A stretch of 64,000 nucleotides of DNA from Capsulimonas sp. (GTDB taxonomy: Bacteria > Armatimonadota > Armatimonadia > Armatimonadales > Capsulimonadaceae), in NCBI RefSeq assembly GCF_039928515.1, contig NZ_JBDSSZ010000114.1; one strand, 5' to 3'. The notes beneath the pieces are model-generated. The model was given only the letters and a program-made list of their open reading frames with translations, did no database searches and was not told the DNA's origin. Position 1 is the stretch's first letter. Each line of letters opens with the position of its first letter. Below, one piece after another: positions 9,232 through 18,798 of this stretch. The translations under genes were made by a program, and so were the position numbers.

Positions 9232-10953
9232 ATGAACTCAATGACATTATCAATGCGCCGCGCCGCGTACGCCACGCTGCCGGCGCTTCTCGTCATGGCC
9301 GGCGCAAGCGCCGCCAAGGCCGCCACGCCCGCGCCCGGAACCGCAGAGGCGCTCATCTACTCGACGATGCCTTCAACTGCGGCGCACCGTCCGGAGATGG
9401 CCCTGGACGGCGATCAGAAAAGCTACTTTAAATCCGTCTACGGCATGAGCGACGGCGACACCTTTCTGGTGCTTCTGTCTCGCCCAATTCCTGTGAAGTC
9501 GCTTCGCATCGTCACCGGCGATGCGGACAGCCAGGACGGCGTCACGGACGGCATCGTCGAGACCTCGCCGGACGGCGTCACATTCACCAAGGCGGCGGAC
9601 TTTGACGCCAATGGCGTGGCGGCCGCGAAAATCGGCGGCAAGCCCGTCGAAGCCCTTCGCATTCGCCTGAACAATCGCAGGGGTGTCCCCTCTCTGCTCG
9701 TTCGCGAGATCACGATCGACTCGCCCGTTAAGATCTCACATGTCGTGCAGGGACCGGGCCGAGGTTTCGTGGATATCTCCCAGGCTCCAGATCTGGCGAA
9801 CTGGGCGCAGCGCGCCGAAACACAGATGGAAAACTTCTGGGCCGACACGCAGGCGCTGCTTTACACCGACGGCTTCATCACGCCGAACATGGTCAATGTC
9901 ATTTACAAGACTGGCCCCGGCGTCACGGATGTCGCGGCGACCGGCGGCGGCGTCATGACCGTGAATAGCAAGTGGTGCCGCGAGCATGCCGATGACACCG
10001 GCCTGACGGTCCACGAGACGGCGCACGCCATCCAGGCTATGGCGGCTTACAACCCCGTCTGGCTGATCGAAGGCACTGCGGACTATATCCGCTGGGTCAA
10101 ATTCGAGCCGCAGAACTTTCACCCGCGCATCAACCCCGCCACCGCGAAGTACACGGATCGCTATCAGACGACCGCAACCTTCCTCGCCTGGTGCGAGATG
10201 CACTACGATAGCGGCCTTGTCACCAAGATGAACCGCGCGACCCGTTACGGCACGTACGATAGCGGCTTGTGGAAGGAATACACCGGCAAGGATGTCGACA
10301 CCCTGTGGGCGGAGTTCATCGCCGCATACAAAGCCGATCCGGTCAATATTATTACCAAGCCCGTCGCCGAAGCAGATCGCCCGCGTGTCCTTCCCACGGT
10401 AACGCCGGGCTCCTCCACTGCGGCGAATCTCGGCTCCGCCTTCAACGGGGTCGGGATCATAAACGACGGCGCGACATTCGCGGAGACCGACGGCGCGGAC
10501 AGCGGCGGAGCCTCCTACTCCTCCAAACTGCTCGGCGCGACGCAGAAATCGAAAGACGTCCTGTTCCAGCTTGGCCCGGCGAATGCGCCAGACATGGTGA
10601 TTAGCCAGGGCCAGACCGTGAACCTCCCAGGCGGCCAGTATCAGTCTCTCTGGATCCTGGCGTCCGCCGTGGACGGCACACAGATGGCGCAGCGCTTCAC
10701 CGTCAACTACGCCGATGGAACGACGGCGAACCTTGTGCAGAATGTCAGCGACTGGTTCCAGCCGGGAAGCTACCCCGGCGAAACCCGCGCCGTCAAAACC
10801 TCGTACCGCAACACCTACGACGGTGCTAAGGACCCGCGCACGTTCTATATCTATAGCTACGGATTTGCACTGGACCACGGCAAGACCGTCAAGAGCATCA
10901 CGCTGCCCAATAACCCCAGCGTGCGCATTTTCGCGGTAACCCTCGCCAACTAG
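9232..10953 (+). CDS. Secreted BSP-family (basic secretory protein) zinc metallopeptidase-like protein with N-terminal discoidin-like domain and extra C-terminal beta domain
   Basis: Signal peptide; MALDGDQKSYF (F5/8-like); HETAH...EGTADYIR; YQTTATFL. Confidence 0.8.
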   Translation: MNSMTLSMRRAAYATLPALLVMAGASAAKAATPAPGTAEALIYSTMPSTAAHRPEMALDGDQKSYFKSVYGMSDGDTFLVLLSRPIPVKSLRIVTGDADSQDGVTDGIVETSPDGVTFTKAADFDANGVAAAKIGGKPVEALRIRLNNRRGVPSLLVREITIDSPVKISHVVQGPGRGFVDISQAPDLANWAQRAETQMENFWADTQALLYTDGFITPNMVNVIYKTGPGVTDVAATGGGVMTVNSKWCREHADDTGLTVHETAHAIQAMAAYNPVWLIEGTADYIRWVKFEPQNFHPRINPATAKYTDRYQTTATFLAWCEMHYDSGLVTKMNRATRYGTYDSGLWKEYTGKDVDTLWAEFIAAYKADPVNIITKPVAEADRPRVLPTVTPGSSTAANLGSAFNGVGIINDGATFAETDGADSGGASYSSKLLGATQKSKDVLFQLGPANAPDMVISQGQTVNLPGGQYQSLWILASAVDGTQMAQRFTVNYADGTTANLVQNVSDWFQPGSYPGETRAVKTSYRNTYDGAKDPRTFYIYSYGFALDHGKTVKSITLPNNPSVRIFAVTLAN

Positions 10954-10960
10954 CACCTCG

Positions 10961-10993
10961 TTTCCCGTCACGGCAAACGCCGTGGCGGGAAAA
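10961..10993 (+). terminator. Stem-loop between the BSP paralogs
   Basis: TTTCCCGTCACGGC-aaac-GCCGTGGCGGGAAAA. Confidence 0.5.
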
Positions 10994-11069
10994 ATTTTCC
11001 CGAGTTCCACCGGCGCCGCTTCTATCCAGCGTGCGTCCCGAAAACACTTCACACCATTGGGGAAACGCC

Positions 11070-12203
11070 ATGAATTCAACAACATCAACGCGCCGCGCCG
11101 CATGGACCATGCTGCCCGCATTGCTCTTGATGGCTGGTATGAGCGCCGCAAGCGCCGCGCCCATACCTCCGCCGCTGCCGCGCAACCTGCAGGCGCTGAT
11201 GTACTCAACGATGCCTTCCACTACGGCGCACAGCCCGGAAATGGCTCTGGACGGCGATCAGAAAAGCTATTTTAAATCCGTCTACGACATGAATGACAAC
11301 GATATCTTTATGGTGATGTTTTCCAAACCCATCTCCGTGAAATCGCTGCGGATTGTCACGGGCAACACGGACGGCACAAACGCCGTCACGAACGCCATGG
11401 TCGAAACATCCGGCAACGGAATCGCCTTCAGCAAAGCAGTGGATTTCAACGCCAACGGCGCGGCGTCCGCAAATTTGGATGGCGCGATCGTGAGAGCGAT
11501 CCGCATTCGCCTCAATAAGAACACAGAACTCCCCTCCCTGGTCGTACGCGAAATTACGATCGACAGTCCGGCGAAGATCAGGGGCGTCAAGCAGGGGCCG
11601 GGCCGAGGCTTCGTGGATTACTCCGAAGCGCCCGACGTCGCTGACTGGGCGAAGCGGATGGAGACCCAAATGGATAGCTATTGGGCCAAAACCGCAGAGA
11701 TCCTGCACTCCGACAACTTTTACACGCCAAATATGGTCCGTGTTTTCTACCGTGACGGCGACGGGGTTGCTGGAACGGATAACGGCGAGATGGTGGTCAA
11801 TGCGAAGTGGGCTCGCGCGCACGATGACGATACCGGCCTGGGCGTCCATGAGATGACTCACGTTATTCAGGCGACGCCCTACGAACCCGTCTGGATGGTC
11901 GAGGGTATTGCGGACTATATTCGCTGGGTCAAGTTCGAGCCGGAGCACTTCCATCCGCGCATCAATGTCGAACGATCGAAGTACAACGACTCGTATCAAA
12001 CGACCGCAACGTTCTTAGGCTGGTGCACGAACCACTACGATGACAAGCTTGTGACCCAGCTGAACGACGCCGTCCGATTTGGAAAGTACAATGACGGCCT
12101 GTTCAAAGAGTATTGCGGCAAGGATGTTAATACTCTATGGGCGGAGTTCATCGCCGATTACAAGGCGGCCCCGGACAAGATCCTCGCCAAGCGGGGCGCG
12201 TAA
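11070..12203 (+). CDS. BSP-family metallopeptidase-like paralog lacking the C-terminal domain
   Basis: HEMTH...EGIADYIR; collinear with the first ~375 aa of the upstream paralog; ATG 11070 after GGGGAAA. Confidence 0.8.
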   Translation: MNSTTSTRRAAWTMLPALLLMAGMSAASAAPIPPPLPRNLQALMYSTMPSTTAHSPEMALDGDQKSYFKSVYDMNDNDIFMVMFSKPISVKSLRIVTGNTDGTNAVTNAMVETSGNGIAFSKAVDFNANGAASANLDGAIVRAIRIRLNKNTELPSLVVREITIDSPAKIRGVKQGPGRGFVDYSEAPDVADWAKRMETQMDSYWAKTAEILHSDNFYTPNMVRVFYRDGDGVAGTDNGEMVVNAKWARAHDDDTGLGVHEMTHVIQATPYEPVWMVEGIADYIRWVKFEPEHFHPRINVERSKYNDSYQTTATFLGWCTNHYDDKLVTQLNDAVRFGKYNDGLFKEYCGKDVNTLWAEFIADYKAAPDKILAKRGA

Positions 12204-12221
12204 ACTCCTTCTTTTCGCATC

Positions 12222-12257
12222 TCTATCCCGTCCCGAACGACTTCGGGACGGGATAGA
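12222..12257 (+). terminator. Stem-loop after the BSP pair
   Basis: TCTATCCCGTCCCGAA-cgac-TTCGGGACGGGATAGA. Confidence 0.65.
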
Positions 12258-12389
12258 TCTTCGCCGCAGGCGCAATTTCCCTCCTCACTTGACACTATCT
12301 AGCTTTCGGAGTAATAATACAGTTGGTGAGGGCCACTAATCTCATTTACGCGGTTCGATGACGAACGGAGAACACGGAGCCGCGCACGG

Positions 12390-13196
12390 ATGATATTTGC
12401 TGTCGGCGATATTCATGGACAACTCAATATGCTGGAGCCGGCGCTGACCCGGCTGACCGAACGCCTGCGTCCGAACGACGCCGTGATTTTTCTTGGCGAC
12501 TATATCGACCGCGGTCCAGACAGCGAAGGCGTGCTGCGACGGCTCATGCGGTTCAAAAAGCAGCATCCGGGAACGATGTTCCTGCGCGGTAACCATGAAG
12601 ACCTGCTGCTGCGTTCATGTGACGGCGACAAGCGACGCGAGGAGCTCTGGCTGCTGAACGGCGGAATGGCGACACTCGCCTCCTTCGGATTGGGCGGCAA
12701 CTCCAACTGGCGTAAGAAATTCCCACGCTGGGCGCTCGATTTCCTTGGGGCGACCCACGCGGCGGTCAAATTCACCCATTTCCATTTCGTACATGCTGGC
12801 GTCGTTCCCTATGGCGTGGACACTGAAGTCGAGCCCGATCTGGATGCACGCCTCTGGATCCGCCAGCCCTTCATTCGGCATGGCGACAGTCCCGGACGCA
12901 TCGTCGTATTCGGACACACGCCGCAGCCGGATCATCTTCCCCTGATTCACATGAACAAAGTCGGATTGGACACCGGCGCCGGTCAGCGAGGCGGACGCCT
13001 AAGTGTCGCCGGATTTGACGACGAATTGCCGCGTCCCCGCTCTCCTGAGTTCACCCTCTTCCAAGTCTGCGACGATGGAACGGTCACGCCCGACGAGTAT
13101 GTACGCAACGTCCTGCGGCACCTGCCGCAAAACGAGCCGACATTCCGTTTCTCGATCCCGTCGATTTCCAGTGCGCCCATCATTCCCACTGAATAG
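12390..13196 (+). CDS. PPP-family metallophosphoesterase (Ser/Thr protein phosphatase-like)
   Basis: GDIHG, GDYIDRG, RGNHE, VHAG, FGHTP, LDTG motifs. Confidence 0.92.
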   Translation: MIFAVGDIHGQLNMLEPALTRLTERLRPNDAVIFLGDYIDRGPDSEGVLRRLMRFKKQHPGTMFLRGNHEDLLLRSCDGDKRREELWLLNGGMATLASFGLGGNSNWRKKFPRWALDFLGATHAAVKFTHFHFVHAGVVPYGVDTEVEPDLDARLWIRQPFIRHGDSPGRIVVFGHTPQPDHLPLIHMNKVGLDTGAGQRGGRLSVAGFDDELPRPRSPEFTLFQVCDDGTVTPDEYVRNVLRHLPQNEPTFRFSIPSISSAPIIPTE

Positions 13197-13223
13197 TCAT
13201 TTCCCTCCGAGGCCGATAAAATC

Positions 13224-13268
13224 ACGTCCCGTCATCTGGTCTATCGCGGAGACGGGACGTATTTTTTT
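13224..13268 (+). terminator. Intrinsic terminator
   Basis: ACGTCCCGTC...GACGGGACGT followed by ATTTTTTT. Confidence 0.7.
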
Positions 13269-13488
13269 CGTTTGCCGCCCAGCCTTTGTCGTTTATCGTC
13301 AGCCAGCCATGAATTTTGATAGATTTATTCAATGTGTTACCACAAATTATCACATGACGATAATTACTCGCATTGTGGTAATGGCAACCAGATAAACTCT
13401 AGAAACTGAACGTCTTTCAGGTATCCTTATTGATGAGCAGGATGGCAGTAATTTCTACATATTGCTCATTAGTTTTTGGAGGACCTTT

Positions 13489-15276
13489 ATGGCTCGATTG
13501 TTTCGATGTTTCACACCGACTGCTCTCATAGGGGCAATGGCGCTTGGCCTTGCCTTTTCGGCGAACGCGGCTCCCAGCAGCGATGCTGTGACGTACCGCA
13601 CCAATCCCGCGCATACCGCACAGGCGACAATGCCGGATTTCAGCTTGCCGCTTGAGAAGAAGTGGGATGTCGATCTGGGCGTCACCGCCAAATATCCATT
13701 GATTGCGGCGGGCAAGGTGTTTGTTGTGCTGCCGTCCTCCTCATCATCAACAACGAGCGGTCACCATAGCGCGCTGATTGCTTTTGACGCGGCGACGGGC
13801 CACGTGGCGTGGGGTCCGATTGCGCTTCCCGCATCAACTTATGGATGGGCAGCGGCATGTTATGATAACGGACGCATCTTTATCAATACCGATGGATCGA
13901 TATCACCCCTCGGCGGATTGATGGCGGCTTACTCCGCAGCAAACGGCTCCCTCCAGTGGAGCTCGACCCTTCCGGTCCAATATGGGTTCAGCTCCGCGCC
14001 ATCTGCATTGAACGGCTACGTTTATACCGGCGGCGCCGGAACCGGCGGAACCGTGTACTGCGTGCGTGAATCCGATGGAACCGTCATGTGGCAGGGCGGC
14101 GTTTCAGGCGGCGATTCTTCTTCGCCCGCAGTTACTCCCGCAAAGGTCTACGCCGGCTATGCATGCGGGCAGACCTTCAGCTTTGACGCCCTGAGCGGAG
14201 CATTGGCATGGCATCTGTCCACGGGATGTGCAGGAGGAGGAGGAGCCACATCAGCCTTCTATAATAACCTCGTCTTCATCCGTCAGTACTATGCGCCCAA
14301 TGGCCCGACCTGGTTGTCCGCTGCGCTCGACAGCACTACCGGCAATGTTGTCAAAGTCTTGCCGGAACTCGGCGCCCTGGCTTTCGATAACAATATGGTC
14401 TTTGGGATTTCCAACAGCGCCCTCACCGCCGTAAAAATCAGCGACTGGACGACTGCCTGGACGGTCAATAACGCGATCGACGCTCCGGTGACCGCTCCCA
14501 CTGTGGTGAACGGCGTTGTTTATGTCGGCACGACCAGCGGCAAGCTCCAGGGCTTCAACGAACAGACCGCCAAGCTCGTCGCCTCAGTCGACCTTGGCGC
14601 AGCGCCTTCGCCTACATCGGAGTCGAATGTCGACATGGCTGCTGGAAACGGTATCATGGTGATTCCGGCGGGAACACATTTGATTGCCGTAGGCTCTCAG
14701 TTCACATTAAGCAGCATTACAGCAACACCGCAGAATGCAATTGGCGGGGCCAACATCAGTGTTACTGTTACACTCACAAGCAAGGCCCCAGTGGGTGGCT
14801 CCGTAATTGCGCTGACAAGTTCTGACGCTCACCTTGTGGTTCCTTCTTCAATTGCGGTTCCCGTCGGTTCATTGAGCGTCTCTTTTGTCGCGCATACCAC
14901 AAAGACAAACACAGGAGTGCAGGCAAAATTAGCCGCTTCGTTCAACGGACTTACCAAAGAGGTTCCGATCGGGCTTCTCCCAGATGGCCTTGTGTCTTTT
15001 ACCATCAGCCCAAGTTCCGTCGCCCATGGCGGTGTCGCGAAGGGAATCTTGACGCTGGCTTACCCCGCGCCGGTAGGCGGATTAAACATTAACTTGTCCT
15101 CTGCCTTTGCTCCTCTTGCTCAGCCCAGCGTGACGCACATCGTCATTCCTGCTGGGCAGTCGGTCGGAACGTTCAGCATTCGCACGGGCGCTGTTCTGAC
15201 TGCGGTTCCTGTGAACATCGGAGCGCAAGTCGCATATAGCAATACACTGATACAGGCTGTGACACTGACCCCTTAA
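13489..15276 (+). CDS. Secreted PQQ-like beta-propeller protein with two C-terminal Ig-like repeats
   Basis: GGAGG RBS before ATG 13489; PLIAAGKVFV, APTVVNGVVYVG blades; the tail has the same repeat type as 2986-5175. Confidence 0.8.
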   Translation: MARLFRCFTPTALIGAMALGLAFSANAAPSSDAVTYRTNPAHTAQATMPDFSLPLEKKWDVDLGVTAKYPLIAAGKVFVVLPSSSSSTTSGHHSALIAFDAATGHVAWGPIALPASTYGWAAACYDNGRIFINTDGSISPLGGLMAAYSAANGSLQWSSTLPVQYGFSSAPSALNGYVYTGGAGTGGTVYCVRESDGTVMWQGGVSGGDSSSPAVTPAKVYAGYACGQTFSFDALSGALAWHLSTGCAGGGGATSAFYNNLVFIRQYYAPNGPTWLSAALDSTTGNVVKVLPELGALAFDNNMVFGISNSALTAVKISDWTTAWTVNNAIDAPVTAPTVVNGVVYVGTTSGKLQGFNEQTAKLVASVDLGAAPSPTSESNVDMAAGNGIMVIPAGTHLIAVGSQFTLSSITATPQNAIGGANISVTVTLTSKAPVGGSVIALTSSDAHLVVPSSIAVPVGSLSVSFVAHTTKTNTGVQAKLAASFNGLTKEVPIGLLPDGLVSFTISPSSVAHGGVAKGILTLAYPAPVGGLNINLSSAFAPLAQPSVTHIVIPAGQSVGTFSIRTGAVLTAVPVNIGAQVAYSNTLIQAVTLTP

Positions 15277-15299
15277 GAAAAATCATCGACCTCAGTTTT

Positions 15300-15329
15300 C
15301 CAAGGCAAAGGAGTTCTCCTTTGCCTTGG
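15300..15329. terminator. Stem-loop
   Basis: CCAAGGCAAAGGAG-tt-CTCCTTTGCCTTGG. Confidence 0.55.
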
Positions 15330-15404
15330 GGCCTTCCCTTCTCTGGGGAATCATAAGGAAGAACAGCAGGAAGCGCGCCTGCCTGTATCGAATTAACCAA
15401 AATT

Positions 15405-16160
15405 ATGAGCCAGACATGCTATTATCATCCGTCGCTTCCCATCGTCGCGACCTGTAGTCAGTGCGGCATCCCGCTTTGCAATGACTGTACAAACCGGATC
15501 GGCGCCGCTACCGCCTGCAAGCAGTGCGCGCCGGCCGTACAGACACGCCTTCAAAATGCTCCGACAGCAAATGCATATTCTCCTCAGCCAATGCCGGGGA
15601 ACTTGCAGGCTCCGTACGGAGGACCGCAAACACCCTACGGCGGACCTCAAGCGCCATACGGAGCGCCTCAGGATCTACAAGCTCCTTATGGATCTCCGCA
15701 AGCGCCTTATGGCGCCCCTGATATGGGCGGCTCGCGATACGCTGACGTAGCGGAATCATCCGGCAGCGTTCCCCTCGGACTGCTCCTAGGCGCCGTGATC
15801 GGAGTCGTTGGCTCGATCGCCGTTCTCAAGATCTTGTTTTACGCCCACTTTGGCCTGGCCTGGCTTTACATCGGCGTTGGATATGGGATTGGATATGGCA
15901 TATGGAGCCAAACCCGGCGCGGCAGCGTCGGTCTCGCCTTTGCGGCGATTGGGATTATGATCGCCAGCCTATTCATCGCACATCTCGTCTATGCGGGCGA
16001 CATTCTCAACCAGGCGCGGGCGCAGGGCAACGCGGATCCTGGGGTTACTATTTTTGATGCGCTCCCCGTCGCCATGAGCTCGTTCAGCCCGATGCACTGG
16101 GTTTGCATTTTGATCGGCCTCGCGGCATGCTGGCGCGGCGTTGAGCAGCAGTCTTCTTAG
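15405..16160 (+). CDS. B-box-like zinc-finger membrane protein with Pro/Gln-rich QAPYGxP repeats
   Basis: CYYH...CSQC...CNDC...CKQC; five QxPYGxP repeats; about 4 TM helices. Confidence 0.75.
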   Translation: MSQTCYYHPSLPIVATCSQCGIPLCNDCTNRIGAATACKQCAPAVQTRLQNAPTANAYSPQPMPGNLQAPYGGPQTPYGGPQAPYGAPQDLQAPYGSPQAPYGAPDMGGSRYADVAESSGSVPLGLLLGAVIGVVGSIAVLKILFYAHFGLAWLYIGVGYGIGYGIWSQTRRGSVGLAFAAIGIMIASLFIAHLVYAGDILNQARAQGNADPGVTIFDALPVAMSSFSPMHWVCILIGLAACWRGVEQQSS

Positions 16161-16211
16161 ACAAGTTAATCGCCTCTTCTTTTGTATTCGCCAAGAGAAG
16201 GGGCATATTAT

Positions 16212-16714
16212 TTAACCGGCTGCCCCAGCCTGCGTCGCTTCTGGGACTTCCACCAGTCGTCCGGTTTTCACATCGTATACATAACCATAGATCGGGACAT
16301 TTCGATATGATCCCCGGCATGGGAGCCTAGCCCCTGGCCGATGTCGCGCCAGCCATTTTCGTCCACCACCGCTGTTTCCAAACTGTTCGCGAGAAGTCCG
16401 CGAATCACCCCATTCGTGAAAAACTCCATTCCACAATCCGTATGGTGGATCACGAACCATTCCTTCGTACCCAGCAGTTTATGCGAGATTACCAACGAAC
16501 GAATGGCGTCGTCACTGGCGCAGCCATCGGTATTTCGGATGACATGTGCGTCGCCCTCGGCAAGGCCTGCGTATTTGGCGAGGTCAAGACGCGCATCCAT
16601 GCAGGTTAAGATGGCGAACTGGCGCGCCGGCGGCAGAGCTAACGCTGCTTTGGCTCCAAAATTGGCGGCGTAAGCGGCGTTAGCCGAGAGAACTTAATCG
16701 TGAACAGTGGTCAT
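16212..16714 (-). pseudogene. Beta-carbonic anhydrase pseudogene
   Basis: [14 protein letters not shown]...LTCMDARLD...HHTDCG...; TAA at codon 7; RNAGG degenerated to RNTDG; frameshift/deletion before [16 protein letters not shown]. Confidence 0.85.
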
Positions 16715-16916
16715 GAGTGTTATCGCCTTTCCTAAAAGTGACTGAATTCTTATTTTACTACAAAAAACATGGTTAAAGTGGTGATATTATTGATATTCGA
16801 TGACAAAGATCTCAAATAATCTTAATGCAGGAATTGCGGCGGCCGGTCGCGTATTGCACTCGCACACCCGCAATCATCGCGATCACACGTATTCCCAATC
16901 ACAGGAGGGCTCTCAC

Positions 16917-17228
16917 ATGAGTTCACAGCCGAACTGGACAAAAATCGCGCAGTCGCCGCAGTTCCGCGCCCTGCTTGCGGACAAGACGGCGTTTATCGTC
17001 CCCGTCACCGCGTTCTTTCTCGCCTTCTACTTTGCCCTGCCGATCATGACGTCATACTTCGGCGGCGTACTGAACCGGCCGGCGTTCGGATCGATTACAT
17101 GGGCCTGGGTGTTTGCGTTCGCTCAGTTCGTCATGACCTGGTCTCTGTCCTCACTCTACACCAAGCGCGCGGAGCGGTTCGATGCTCAGGTGGTTGAGAT
17201 TTTGAAGTCCGAGACGGAAAAGGAATAA
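16917..17228 (+). CDS. DUF485 (YjcH-like) small membrane protein
   Basis: AGGAGG RBS; SPQFRAL...FYFALP..., two TM helices; directly upstream of the SSS transporter. Confidence 0.85.
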   Translation: MSSQPNWTKIAQSPQFRALLADKTAFIVPVTAFFLAFYFALPIMTSYFGGVLNRPAFGSITWAWVFAFAQFVMTWSLSSLYTKRAERFDAQVVEILKSETEKE

Positions 17229-17232
17229 CACG

Positions 17233-18798
17233 ATGCATTCGCTTCCCTTCGTGCTGTTTCTGGCGATTGTCGCCATGACGCTCGTCATCACCTATATCGC
17301 CGCGCGAAAGACAAACAGCGCCAGTGAATTTTACACGGGAGGCGGCGGCCTCACCGGGTGGCAGAACGGCCTGGCGATCGCCGGCGATTACATGTCCGCC
17401 GCTTCGTTCCTGGGCATTGCCGGATCGATTGCACTGGCGGGTTTTGACGGATTCTTTTACAGCATTGGATTTCTCGTCGCTTATCTCGTCGTGCTCTATC
17501 TCGTGGCGGAGCCGCTGCGCAACCTTGGCAAGTACACGATGGCGGATATGCTGGCGTCGCGTTTCCCTGAGCGAGGCGTACGCGGCTGCGCGGCGGTGAA
17601 CTCGATCGTCATCTCCATTTTCTACATGCTGGCGCAGCTGACCGGCGCGGGCGGTCTGATCCACCTGCTGCTCGGCATCGAAAACAAAACCGCCATCGCG
17701 ATTGTCGGCGTGCTGATGACGGTCTATGTCATCTTTGGCGGCATGCGCGCCACAAGCTGGGTGCAGATCATCAAGGCCGTTCTGCTGATCGCGGGAACCA
17801 TTGTTTTGTCGCTCCTGGTGCTGGCGAAGTTCGGCTGGAGCGTACCGCATATGTTCGATCAGCTCCAGATCGTCACGCCGCTGAAGGAGAAGTTCCTGTG
17901 GCCCGGCAATAAGTTTAAGGACCCACTGGACACGCTCTCGCTCAATCTGGCCCTTGTCCTAGGAACGGCAGGCTTGCCGCATATCCTGATCCGATTCTTC
18001 ACCGTGAAGGACGCGCCCACGGCGCGCAAGTCGGTCGTCTCGGCGACTTGGCTGATCGGTATCTTTTACGTCATGACCATGTTCCTTGGCTTCGGCGCCG
18101 CCGCCTTTGTGGGCCATGACGCGATTGTCGCCGCGCAAAAAGAGGGCAACATGGCCGCGCCGCTTCTGGCGAAGGCGCTGGGCGGCGATTTCCTGTTCGC
18201 CTTTATCTCGGCGGTCGCGTTCGCCACGATCCTGGCTGTCGTTACGGGTCTCGTGCTCTCGGCAGCGTCGGCGTTTGCGCATGATATCTACAACCAGATC
18301 ATCAAACGCGGCAAGGCGACAGAGCAGGAGCAGATCGGCATGGCGCGCTACGCCTCCGTCGGCGTCTCTATCATCTCCATCGCGCTCGCCCTGTTCGCCG
18401 GAAGCCTGAACGTCGCGTTCCTAGTTTCGCTGGCGTTCGCCGTCGCGGCGAGCGCTAATCTCCCCGTCATCCTGCTGACGATCTACTGGCGCCGCTTCAA
18501 CGCCACCGGCGCGATGGCCGGAATGGCGGCGGGCCTTATCAGCTCTCTGGTGCTGGTAGCGCTCAGTCCGAACGTCTGGGACCCGGAAGCCGGCAAGGCA
18601 ATCCTTCAGGGAGCGCCGCTCTTTCATCTCAAAAATCCTGGTATCTACTCGATCCCGATCGGCTTCCTCGGCGCGATCATCGGCTCGCTGGTGTCGAAAA
18701 AGCCAGACGAGGCGAAGTTCGACGAGATTCTGGTGCGCGCGCACACGGGTATGTCGCATACGCCCGCCGTGGATGAAACAGAGATGGTGTCTCATTGA
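17233..18798 (+). CDS. actP: Cation/acetate symporter, sodium:solute symporter family
   Basis: NGLAIAGDYMSAASFLG, GTAGLPHIL.RFFTV, AVAFATILAVV. Confidence 0.85.
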   Translation: MHSLPFVLFLAIVAMTLVITYIAARKTNSASEFYTGGGGLTGWQNGLAIAGDYMSAASFLGIAGSIALAGFDGFFYSIGFLVAYLVVLYLVAEPLRNLGKYTMADMLASRFPERGVRGCAAVNSIVISIFYMLAQLTGAGGLIHLLLGIENKTAIAIVGVLMTVYVIFGGMRATSWVQIIKAVLLIAGTIVLSLLVLAKFGWSVPHMFDQLQIVTPLKEKFLWPGNKFKDPLDTLSLNLALVLGTAGLPHILIRFFTVKDAPTARKSVVSATWLIGIFYVMTMFLGFGAAAFVGHDAIVAAQKEGNMAAPLLAKALGGDFLFAFISAVAFATILAVVTGLVLSAASAFAHDIYNQIIKRGKATEQEQIGMARYASVGVSIISIALALFAGSLNVAFLVSLAFAVAASANLPVILLTIYWRRFNATGAMAGMAAGLISSLVLVALSPNVWDPEAGKAILQGAPLFHLKNPGIYSIPIGFLGAIIGSLVSKKPDEAKFDEILVRAHTGMSHTPAVDETEMVSH

